DNA from: an uncultured cyanobacterium
Lineage (GTDB): Bacteria; Cyanobacteriota; Cyanobacteriia; Cyanobacteriales; Cyanobacteriaceae
Assembly: GCA_963749915.1 (NCBI GenBank)
Contig: CAVVOP010000005.1
Coordinates: 1-64,000, forward strand
Direction: 5' to 3'
Length of the DNA stretch: 64,000 nt
In this document: piece after piece, positions 20,157 to 29,795 of the stretch
Layout: every line of letters begins with the position of its first letter
How positions within the stretch are numbered: the first letter of the stretch is position 1
Translations under genes and position numbers: made by a program
Notes under the pieces: model-generated
The model's input: the letters and a program-made list of their open reading frames with translations, nothing else
The model's database searches: none
What the model was told of the DNA's origin: nothing

Positions 20157-20246
20157 GTAGGTTGGGTAAAAAGAAGTGCAACCCAACATTACCATGAGAG
20201 AACATGATCAGGATGATGTTGTGTTTCCTGCCTCAACTTAACCTAC
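20157..20246. repeat. GTAG-type REP-like inverted pair
   Basis: GTAGGTTGGGT...AACCCAAC followed by GTTGTGTTTC...TCAACTTAACCTAC. Confidence 0.6.
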
Positions 20247-20387
20247 AGACTAAATTTAATTGGCGTTTTTATTAATTTTGAGCATCTTCCTCTTCCTTTT
20301 CCCAAACTTCCCCCTCTTAACCTTCACCATTTTTCTTCCGTCGAACTCAGGTTGATAACCTATTGAGAACATACCCATATTTAATTT

Positions 20388-20428
20388 TTTAATCTAAAAA
20401 TGATCTTCTGATAATCTAAAAATGATCT
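20388..20428 (+). promoter_or_regulatory. Putative Pho box (SphR/PhoB) upstream of alkaline phosphatase
   Basis: Four 8-mers at exact 11-bp period (TTTAATCT, AATGATCT, GATAATCT, AATGATCT), similar to the cyanobacterial PyTTAAPyPy(T/A) repeat. Confidence 0.55.
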
Positions 20429-20505
20429 TTTGATAAAGTTGTCTTAATTTACAGTACTTACAGTTAGATTTTAGAAACGATCTACAACTTTTGAGAACTG
20501 AAAAT

Positions 20506-23500
20506 ATGGCCAATCCCAATCATGTAATTTTTATTCATCCGGATGGCACCAGCCCATCCCACTACGCCTTCGCCCGCTTTGTCGATCATGGTCCCGATGG
20601 ACGCTTGAACTGGGATAAACTAGACCACGCAGGTGTTTACCTCGGACACATGGAAGATCAGTTAGGCGGCACATCCAACGGCGGTGCAGTCACCCATGCT
20701 ACCGGAGCTAAAGTCTATGCCGAATCCTTCGGTTTTGAGGAGGGGAATACCTCCATTACCTCCCTCAATGGCACCAATGAAACGATCGTTGAATCCGCGA
20801 TCGCCGCTAACAAAGTCACTGCCCTCCTTCAATCCGGTGCTATTTTTGAACCCGGTACAGCAGCCTTTGTGGCGAAAACTGAAGAGATCGACAATGGTGA
20901 TGGTACTAAAACTGTACCCAGAGCCCAACAAGCAGAAATTGCTAAACAGGTTATTGAATCTGGAGTTGACTTCATCATGGGCGGTGGGGAACTGACCCTG
21001 CTTCCAATGGGTACAGATGGCTTCCACGGCACCGCAGCTCAACTAGATGCCCTCAGCACCAATCCTCTCGTGCGCCCTACCATTAATCTGATCGATCTGG
21101 CAGTGTCCTTGGGCTACACCGTAGTTTACACCGAGCAGCAACTGCGAGACCTGCTTGACCCCACTATAACCCCAGTTACCCCCACCAAAGTTCTGGGCGT
21201 ATTCGCTCCCATCCACACCTTCAACGATAAACCTGAAGAAGTCTTGGCAGCCGGTGGCTTGCCACTCTATTTAGAAACCGCGCCCACCATCGCTGAGATG
21301 TTGGAAGTGACCCAACAGTTAATGGAGAAACACCCTAACTTTAACAACGGTTCCATCGCCATTGTCGAAGAAGAGGGAACGGATAACTTCGGCAACAATA
21401 ACAACGCTGCTGGCACCCTAGAGGCCATGCGCCGAGGTGATGCCGCCATTGGGGTAGCCATGGACTTTGTTGAGAAGTATTCCAATACCCTAATTCTGAC
21501 CGCGGCGGATAGTGATGCGGGGGGCTTGCAGGTACAAGACCCTCGCACGGCCGGGCAAAACGTTGGCACCATTAACAATAACCCCATTGATTCTACCTCG
21601 GGACGGAATGTCCCCTTAGATGGACAGACGGGAGCAAATACTTTGCCCTTTGTCGCCGCCCCTGATGCCTCTGGCGATAGCTTTAACTTTGGGATTGCTT
21701 GGGCTGGAACTCCTGACTTTAGTGGTTCTATTGTTTCTAAAGCTCACGGGCTAAATTCCGAGAAATTACCCGCAACTCTGGACAATACCAAAATCTACGA
21801 GTTGATGTACGAGACCCTGTTCGACACCGAACTGGAAGCTCGTAACCCCGACCCCACTCCGGCTCCGGCTGCTACTGCTGATACCGGCAATGTGATCTTC
21901 ATTCACCCCGATGGTACCAGCCCTTCCCACTACATGGCCCTTCGCAATATCGACAAAGGACCTGATGGCCGTTTGAATTGGGATATGATGTCCGACGCCG
22001 GGGTCTACTTGGGACACATGGAGAACCAGCTAACCGGAACTTCTAATGCGGGTGCTGTTACCCATGCCAATGGAGTGAAGGTCTTTAATGAATCCTTTGG
22101 ACTTGAGGCAGATAACTCCCCTGTAATCCCAGCCTCGGGCAAAATTGGTAAGACCATCTTAGATGAAGCGATTGAAGCTGGCAAAGCTACTGCCCTGATT
22201 CAATCCGGTCATATCGGTGAACCCGGAACCGCTGCCTTTGCCGCCCAAACTACCAACCGCGATGGTGATGACATCCGGGCACGGGACAAAACGGCTGAGA
22301 TTGCTGAACAAGTCATCCGCTCCGGGACTAATGTCATTATGGCCGGTGGAGAAGTCTATCTCTTGCCCAAAGGAACCACTGGCTTCCATGTAACTGCTGA
22401 AATAGATGCCGCTTTCGACGATCCGGAGGACCGCCCCGAAACTAACCTGATTGATCTGGCCGAGTCTCTTGGCTATACGGTAGTTTACACTGAAGAGCAA
22501 ATGAATGCGGCGATAGCAACTGCCACTGCTTCCACCAAATTACTGGGAGTCTTTGCTGCCAACCACACCTTCGACGATCAGAGGGAAGAATCCTTGGGGT
22601 TAAACACTGACAACCCTCTACCCCTCTATGTAGAAACTGCTCCCACCGTAGCCGAGATGTTAGACGCATCTCTGAAGATCCTCAGCCAAGATCCCGATGG
22701 GTTCTTCGTGGTGGTCGAAGAAGAAGGTACGGATAACTTTGCCAACAACAACAACGCTGTTGGGACGATCGAAGCTATGCGGCGAGCCGATGCGGCGATC
22801 GGGGTAGCGATGGATTATGTCAACACCCAAGATCCTAATACCTTGGTACTAACAGCAGCAGATAGTGATGCGGGGGGCATGCAAGTGTTCCAGTTTGCCC
22901 CTATACCCGTCCCAGTGGTAATTTCGACGAAAAAAACCCTAACTTAGCTGATAGTCAACCTGAAGTTCCCTTCATTAACGTCAATCCCACCACTGTTAAT
23001 CAATCTCGGGTTTATCTTGACGGTGTTAATGGTAGCACCGCCAGCGCTGAACAACCTTGGATTCCTTTTGCTGCCGAAGGTAGCATTGATGGGCCAATGG
23101 GTAATTTTGGCGTGGGTTGGACCGGCACCCCTGACGTACCCGGCAGCATTGTCTCCAAAGCTTACGGAATGAATGCTGACCTACTGCCTTCTACCTTAGA
23201 TAATACTCAAATTTACGATTTGATGTATGAAACCTTATTCGGTGTAACTCCTGAAGAAGTCCAAATTCCTAAAGTAGTTAATGGTACTTCTGGCGATGAC
23301 TACTTTGACAGTGCTTTCCCCGATGAAAAAATGTTCAAAGGTGCAGAACAAAACTTATTCACTGGTAGCGACGACGATACCGTTGACGTTTCTGTAATGG
23401 GTGAAGGTAATCGCATCGATACTGGTAGCGGAGATGACATCGTGTTTGCAGGTACTAACAACCGCATTATTTTAGGTGCTGGTGATGACATCTTATTCGC

Positions 23501-23789
23501 TGGTTCTGGTGGAGGTGGCAACAACATCTCTACAGGTGCAGGTTTTGACCAAGTTTGGTTAATCGAGGACATCAATGCTATTCCAGAAAACATCAATCAA
23601 GTCAATGATTTTGATCCTGAGTTTGATGTGATTGGCTTTGCTAACAGTGGCTTAACCATCCAGGATAAAGGTTCCCTCTGGGATTACGAGCAAGTGGGTA
23701 ATGACGTCATGATTTCTGCCTTTGGACGAGAAATTGGTAAATTACTCAGTACTTCGGTTACTGATACTAACTTTGTAACCAGTGTATAA
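20506..23789 (+). CDS. Tandem two-domain alkaline phosphatase with RTX-like Ca-binding tail, interrupted by a -1 frameshift at about 22898-22901
   Basis: Two copies each of VIFIHPDGTSPSHY, GTSN.GA and EEEGTDNF.NNNNA...TAADSDAGG. Adding one C to the C4 run gives FAPYTRPSGNFDEKNP, in frame with ORF 23097-23789, which carries GSGDD/GAGDD repeats. Confidence 0.85.
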
Positions 23790-23971
23790 AACCCATTGCA
23801 AAAAAGACTTTTGCAACAGTTAGGGAGTGGGGCAATACTGCGAGGGATTTGAAGAATTTCTGTGGTGACAAGGATAGGGAAGAAAGGGAAGAGAAATCCA
23901 ATACTTCCCACACCTCCCACACCTGACAAGAGTAGGTTTTTTACAAAGGTTATCGGTAAGGGTAATGAGGT

Positions 23972-24514
23972 CTATTGTAACAAGTTACCAGGTATGTTCA
24001 AAGCATTTCCTTTTATATCCGCTACCACTATATCCCATTGACCATTATTTGCTATTTCAAAAGCTATTTTTTCACCGTTACTGCTAATCATTGGGTTTCT
24101 AATTTCGTTTCTTATTTGAGTAATTAAAGGGCGTTTTTGTTGAGTTGTGCGATCATATAAATATAATCTTGATTTTCCCTGAGTTAAGGCAGTAAAGACT
24201 AAATAACGTCCATCCTCTGAGATAGAGGGATTTGAAGCAATCTCGTCAATGGAATTTAAACCGGGTAAATCAATTAAACGGCGATTTTTGGCGTCAAATA
24301 AAAATATATCCTGAGAACCATTGCGATCGGAGACAAACGTAATATATTGTCCGGAAATAGAAGGATTTAATTCTGATGAACGACTATTGAAACTTTTATT
24401 ATTATCAGAAAAAGGAAAACTTAATAATCGGGGATAATTGCTACAACTGGTTAAAAAAAAAGCAGACACCAGAAAATTGATAAGAGGAAATAATTTCACG
24501 CTATTTACAAGCAT
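23972..24514 (-). CDS. TolB-like (WD40/PD40 repeat) lipoprotein
   Basis: Lipobox LTSC; FVSDRNGSQDIF; PSISEDGRYLVF. Confidence 0.8.
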   Translation of the reverse strand: MLVNSVKLFPLINFLVSAFFLTSCSNYPRLLSFPFSDNNKSFNSRSSELNPSISGQYITFVSDRNGSQDIFLFDAKNRRLIDLPGLNSIDEIASNPSISEDGRYLVFTALTQGKSRLYLYDRTTQQKRPLITQIRNEIRNPMISSNGEKIAFEIANNGQWDIVVADIKGNALNIPGNLLQ

Positions 24515-24662
24515 TTAAGCAAAAAGGGGGAATTGGGAGTAGTTGAATACTACCCCTGACAAAACATCTGTAAACCCAGGGAAATTATAACATGAATTTA
24601 AAGAGAAAAGGAGTTTTACCAACCACATTCCCCAGATAAAAAAGGGAAAGAAAAAAAGGAAA

Positions 24663-25870
24663 TTAACAAGTAATAAATATATATTTACGTCTAGCTGCCG
24701 TTTTTTCATCGGAGGTTTCTTCCGCAATTACCTCATAAAGAATCGCTAATTTTTCAGTGTGGTTGGCTTTACGCAAGATTCTCCCTAATCTTTGGATATA
24801 TTCTCTAGTTGAACCAGTACCAGAGAGGATAATCGCTATTTTAGCGTCTGGGACGTCAACTCCTTCATTAAGTACATGAGAAGCTGCCAAAATTTTATAC
24901 TCTCCACTACGATATTTAGCTAAAATTTGATGGCGTTCTTTTACAGGAGTTTGATAAGTAATTGAGGGAATTAAATATTGTTGAGAAATTCGATAAACTG
25001 TAGTATTATCATTGGTAAAAATTAAAATTTTATCAGGATAATGTTTTTCAATTAACTCACTTAACACTTTTAGTTTTGCATTAGTACCAGAGGCAATTTC
25101 TTTTGATTCTCTATGGGCTAACATTGCTTGTCTGCCTTGATTTGTCCTTGCACTAGCTTTAATGAATAATTGCCAGCCATCGAGACTAGAAAGAGAAATA
25201 TTTGATTGTTTTAGAAAGTTATTTCTAATTTTTATTGCTTGTTCATATCTTCTTTTTTCTTCGATTTCTAAAGAGACTTTTATAGGAATAACTTGATATT
25301 CGGCTAAAGTATTTTTTGATAATTCTTCAGGAGTTTTACGATAAATAACTTTGCCAATTAAACTGTCTAAATAACTATGGCTTCCGTCGCCTCTTTCGGG
25401 AGTCGCCGTCAACCCCAGGCGATAAGGTGCAATGGATTCTTCCGCAATCACCTGAAAAAAATCCGTCGGCAAATGATGACATTCATCGAAAATCAACAAC
25501 CCATAATGATTTCCTAAAGTCTTGGCATGAATCGCTGCACTATGATAGGTTGCTATTAAAATTGGCGATCGATCATGTGAACCGCCCCCTAACAATCCCA
25601 CTTCAATATTGGGAAAAGCCTGTTCAATTTGTGCATACCACTGGTGCATTAAATCCAAGGTAGGAACTACAATTAAAGTTGTTCTCGGAGTACAGGCGAT
25701 CGCCAATTGTGCCAAATAAGTTTTACCAGCCGCCGTTGGTAAGACAACAACACCCTTTCTTTGTTCTGTTTTTCAAGCTTCTAAGGCTTCTTTTTGATGA
25801 GCATAAGGAGTTTTTTGTAGGTTGGACTGAATTTCGAGGGGGAAAAATTCTTTAGCGGAGTCGATAAGTC
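24663..25870 (-). pseudogene. XPB/Rad25-like DEAD/DEAH helicase, 5'-truncated with a nonsense codon
   Basis: Upstream of the listed ORF the frame reads PYAHQKEALEA*KTEQRKGVVVLPTAAGKT (TGA at 25773-25775). DECHH, GLTATPER and QRLGRILR motifs present. The N-terminus is replaced by an IS remnant. Confidence 0.8.
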
Positions 25871-26035
25871 TGGGAGCAAACGAAAGTAACGGCAAGGTTA
25901 GTGGTCAGCTATTTCAATTGGATTTGGGAAAATAGTCGGTTAGGAACGACAGCAGCGCAGAGGGGGGGATTGACTGAAGAGAGATGGAGTTGGAATGACT
26001 TAATCAGCTATCCCACAGTTATTTGATGCACGACC
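25871..26035 (+). mobile_element. IS1-like element 3' remnant
   Basis: Reads WEQTKVTARLVVSYFNWIW...TAAQRGGLTEERWSWNDLISYPTVI*, then terminal TGCACGACC. A similar AAQRAGLTQER fragment lies at 1283-1320. Confidence 0.6.
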
Positions 26036-26062
26036 AACAAAAGGCACATTCGACATAACTTA

Positions 26063-26136
26063 CGGGTGCGACAGGACTCGAACCTGTGACCGACTGCTTA
26101 GAAGGCAGTTGCTCTATCCATCTGAGCTACGCACCC
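26063..26136 (-). tRNA. trnR: tRNA-Arg(UCU)
   Basis: GGGTGCGTAGCTCAGATGGATAGAGCAACTGCCTTCTAAGCAGTCGGTCACAGGTTCGAGTCCTGTCGCACCCG; anticodon TCT. Confidence 0.96.
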
Positions 26137-26365
26137 AATAATCAAAATACGCTTAGACATTGTATCCTATTTATTCTTAAATTAGCAAGTACTGATAATT
26201 CTGAAAAACTTGAGAAGGCTGAAATAGATAGGGATAAAAGAATATACTAAATAAGCATTTTTACTTATGTTTACTAAAATGTTAAATTTAATTAACATAA
26301 TCCCCCTCTTAAGAAAACATTTGATAGTCTGAAAAAGTTAAGAAATAAAAGTTCGCGAAAGGGTA

Positions 26366-26677
26366 ATGAAACATTTTTCTGATGATTGGATTAAAGAATG
26401 GTGTCAAGATAACGGTTGGACAGACTTGTTTGTGGAACGTCTTGACTATTGGGCATTTCCTCCTCATGCTGTTATTCCCCTACCCATTCCCAAAGAAACT
26501 TTAATTCAAATCAAGGCAGAAAAAGGTTTTTCTCAGGAAGAAAGAATGTGGTTAGGGGCAGTGGTCGCCATTAGCATAACAGCAATGATTTTGAGTTTTT
26601 TGTTAAACTCTCCTATGCCTTTAGTATTTGCTTTTGCGTTTACTTCCATCATCATCGGCAATTTTGAATTAGATTAA
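26366..26677 (+). CDS. Conserved cyanobacterial small membrane protein
   Basis: WIKEWCQDNGWTDLF...WAFPPHAVIPLPIP followed by two hydrophobic segments. Confidence 0.75.
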   Translation: MKHFSDDWIKEWCQDNGWTDLFVERLDYWAFPPHAVIPLPIPKETLIQIKAEKGFSQEERMWLGAVVAISITAMILSFLLNSPMPLVFAFAFTSIIIGNFELD

Positions 26678-26741
26678 GACAATTTATTTTTCCGTGTACT
26701 TATGTTATGTTGAATAAACATGTGCAAGTTTATCGTGGGAA

Positions 26742-27572
26742 ATGAATATCAGAACAAAGAATTTTCCTCGCAACAATATACCTTTTGGCTTAACCCAAAT
26801 AATTAGTTTTTTAGTACTTTTTAGTGGGTTAATTATTGTTTTATCGCCTGTAATAATTGTTCTGTATACTTCCTTTTTTACTTATTCTGCTGAACCTCAT
26901 TTTACCTTTAAATATTACCAAGAAGCATGGCAAAAAGGGAATTTTTTACTCGCTTTTGTTAACTCTAGTATTGTAGCGATTGTCGTCACAATTTTACAGA
27001 TAATCACGTCAATTTTAGCTGGTTATGCCCTCGCAAGACTAAAATTTAGAGGTCAAAATATAGTATTATTATTAATCTTATCAACCTTAGTAATTCCCTT
27101 CCAAATATTAGTAATTCCAATTTTTTTAATTCTCAAATCAGGGCACTTAATCAACACTTATTGGGCGTTAATTTTACCCACCGCCGCCAGTGGATTTGGT
27201 ATCTTTTTAATGCGTCAATCTTTTACAACTATTCCCGTGGAATTGGAACAAGCCGCCACCTTAGATGGTGCAAATCGTTTACAAATAATTTGGTATATTC
27301 TTTTTCCTTTGGTCAAACCAGGGATTATTACTCTCTCTCTGTTTACCTTTATCGGTGAGTGGAATGACTTATTTAAACCCCTCGTCTTCACCAATAACCC
27401 TAATTTAATAACCGTACAACTATCATTAGCTTCTTTTCAAGAACAGTTTACCAGTAATTGGTCATTGCTAATGGCGGCGGTGGTAATTGCAACTATTCCC
27501 GTCATCATTCTATTTATAATTGGTCAAAAACATTTTATACAGGGAGTTGGCACCACAGGAATCAAAAATTAA
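26742..27572 (+). CDS. Carbohydrate ABC transporter permease
   Basis: EAA-like loop ELEQAATLDGA; AGYALARL; WNDLFKPL. Confidence 0.9.
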   Translation: MNIRTKNFPRNNIPFGLTQIISFLVLFSGLIIVLSPVIIVLYTSFFTYSAEPHFTFKYYQEAWQKGNFLLAFVNSSIVAIVVTILQIITSILAGYALARLKFRGQNIVLLLILSTLVIPFQILVIPIFLILKSGHLINTYWALILPTAASGFGIFLMRQSFTTIPVELEQAATLDGANRLQIIWYILFPLVKPGIITLSLFTFIGEWNDLFKPLVFTNNPNLITVQLSLASFQEQFTSNWSLLMAAVVIATIPVIILFIIGQKHFIQGVGTTGIKN

Positions 27573-27716
27573 CAGGAGTTTATACGGAGAGGGAGACTAT
27601 AGAAGCTCACAAGGCCAGGATTTATTTTTACATTTAAAGTTATAATGGGGGTAAAACAAGGGGGAAAAAAAGAATTGTGATAGTTATTGTTGAGGATTTT
27701 TAATTTACATTGGAAC

Positions 27717-28874
27717 ATGGTAAGAGTTTTGGTTGATTGTAGTTCCATTCGGGATTGTCCTAGTGGGGTCGCCTTTTATACTTATAATCTGATTAAGGGG
27801 TTAAAGGCACATGAAAGCAATATTCCCGGTTCTATCGGGGTTTATCGTCAACCGTCCCTTAAACATTGGTTGACAAATAATCGCACCACTCCCAATATTT
27901 TGACAGACATTTCGCCTCTTCAATTTTTACCCTTGCCTGTTACTGTTAGTCACTTGTTAGGTAAATCTGCCAGTCTTTTTGTGAAAAATAGCGATCTTTT
28001 TTTCCCTGATGTAGATATAATTCATGGTACAGATCATTATGTCTATCCTTTTCCTTACGGCAAAAAAGTGATGACAATTCATGATTTAACTTTTTTAAAA
28101 TTTCCTTTTTGTAGCACTAAAATAGTTAAAACTTATACCCAAAGAATTAGAAAATGTTTGCAATGGACAGATTTGATAATTACCTTTTCAAAAAATACGA
28201 AGCAAGATATTATCCACTATTTTGGAATTGAAAATAATAAAATAGCCATTACCTCTGAAGCGAGTAGATATAATACAAATTACCTAAAAGATAAGAATAT
28301 TCAAGAAATTAAGAGTAAAATTAATTATGATTTTGAGCAGCCCTTTATATTATTTGTGGGTACGATGGAGCCGAGAAAAAACATAGTCAACTTAGTCAAA
28401 GCCTTTAACATTCTAAAGGAAAAATATGCTGTTAATCATCATTTAATTTTAATTGGTCAAAAAGGTTGGGAATATGAGAAAATTTTTGCTGAAATAGATA
28501 ACTCTAATTTTCGCCACGAGATACTCCATTTAGGTTATTTATCCGATGAAGCAGTGGCCGTTTGTTATAGTTTAGCCGACGTTTTTGTCTATCCCTCTCT
28601 TTATGAAGGTTTTGGATTACCAATTTTAGAAGCCATGACATTAGGTGCGCCAGTGATTACTTCTAAAACTTCTTCCTTACCAGAAGTGGCACAAGAGGCG
28701 GCGATGTATATTAATCCCCGAGACTACGAGTCAATAGCGACAACTGTTCACGAGGTCATTAGTCAACCAGATTTACGGGAAGATTTGATTACCAGAGGAA
28801 AAAATAGGGCAAAATTATACTCATGGGAAAAAGTCGCCGAAGAAACTGTTAAGGCTTATGAGTTAATATTGTGA
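27717..28874 (+). CDS. Glycosyltransferase family 4 (GT-B)
   Basis: TIHDL, FVGTMEPRKN, YPSLYEGFGLPILEAM. Confidence 0.9.
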   Translation: MVRVLVDCSSIRDCPSGVAFYTYNLIKGLKAHESNIPGSIGVYRQPSLKHWLTNNRTTPNILTDISPLQFLPLPVTVSHLLGKSASLFVKNSDLFFPDVDIIHGTDHYVYPFPYGKKVMTIHDLTFLKFPFCSTKIVKTYTQRIRKCLQWTDLIITFSKNTKQDIIHYFGIENNKIAITSEASRYNTNYLKDKNIQEIKSKINYDFEQPFILFVGTMEPRKNIVNLVKAFNILKEKYAVNHHLILIGQKGWEYEKIFAEIDNSNFRHEILHLGYLSDEAVAVCYSLADVFVYPSLYEGFGLPILEAMTLGAPVITSKTSSLPEVAQEAAMYINPRDYESIATTVHEVISQPDLREDLITRGKNRAKLYSWEKVAEETVKAYELIL

Positions 28875-29350
28875 CATATTCCCATCGCCGACAAATGCGT
28901 TATGGCGTGGGCTTCTCAAAGGCAAAAGCCCTTAAGCATTTCATAGTGAGACAATGCCCAACCCCACTTTTTTGATTAATTTTGTACTAGCCTCATCCCT
29001 GTCAATGGAAACTCCGCAATGGGAACAATCATGCCATCTATTCAGAGAGAGTTTTTGGTACTGAGTTTAAACAGTTATAGCAAACTTGGCTAGTTTTTCT
29101 CGGATTGATTTTAACGACTTTATTCCCAAACTTTTTAGCCTGATGCTCTAAAATCTCCAAGAATTGAGCCATGCCACAATCTGAAAAACTCTTGTTTAGC
29201 CCAGATTTTGCACTTTGCCCATTTTGACATTTAAAAGCTAAATATCCACTTATCACGAAGTCCCTCAAGCAAGTTAATGAGTTAGATTTTTATTTTTCAA
29301 ACACCCCCTCCAATCACGACCATTGTACGCACTTTTTACAGAAAGTGGGT
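28871..29350 (-). mobile_element. Degraded IS200/IS605-family (tnpB) element
   Basis: TnpB C-terminal fragment (SGLNKSFSDCGMAQFLEIL...TSQVCYNC). Right-end hairpin ends in TCAC at 28871; possible left-end hairpin near 29330-29347. Confidence 0.7.
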
Positions 29351-29406
29351 AATAATAGAGATAGAGACTCACACTTTTACCGAATGCAAATAAGGAGGAA
29401 AAGACT

Positions 29407-29535
29407 ATGATGAGCGTTGTTTATCCCAGTGGGATTATATACTTATTAGTTAATGTTTTAGTCTTAATGTTGGTTTTACTAGTTTTTGCTATATCCCTTC
29501 ATTCTGCTAATTATAGCAGTCGTCATGATACTTAG
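29407..29535 (+). CDS. Putative 42-aa single-transmembrane small protein
   Basis: MMSVVYPSGIIYLLVNVLVLMLVLLVFAISLHSANYSSRHDT, with a strong SD TAAGGAGG 8 nt upstream of the ATG. Confidence 0.5.
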   Translation: MMSVVYPSGIIYLLVNVLVLMLVLLVFAISLHSANYSSRHDT

Positions 29536-29795
29536 GACGGAAGTAAGAAGTAAAAGGAAAACTAGGGTTAGGGAGGGGGAACTTTCTGTTGTGCCTTGCT
29601 GTTCCTTTTCTCTTAAGGACAAAAAACATCTCTACGAGTAAATTATGTCGGTGAGGAGGAGCTTTTCCTCCCACATCAAAGATTTCTAAACATACAGTTA
29701 AAGAAGCGTTGGCAATTATGAGATCAAAAATAATTGTAACTCGTATCCGATAAATTTTTCCAGTTTTTAGGGGACACTTTCATGAATAATGCAGG

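Noticed and set aside
20662..23929. Several 67-126 aa antisense or alternative-frame ORFs within the phosphatase
   Set aside because: Shadow ORFs expected in a GC-richer coding region.
26036..26062. Tn7-like end downstream of tRNA-Arg
   Set aside because: No TGTACA or TnsB-site repeats; only an IS1-like end is present.
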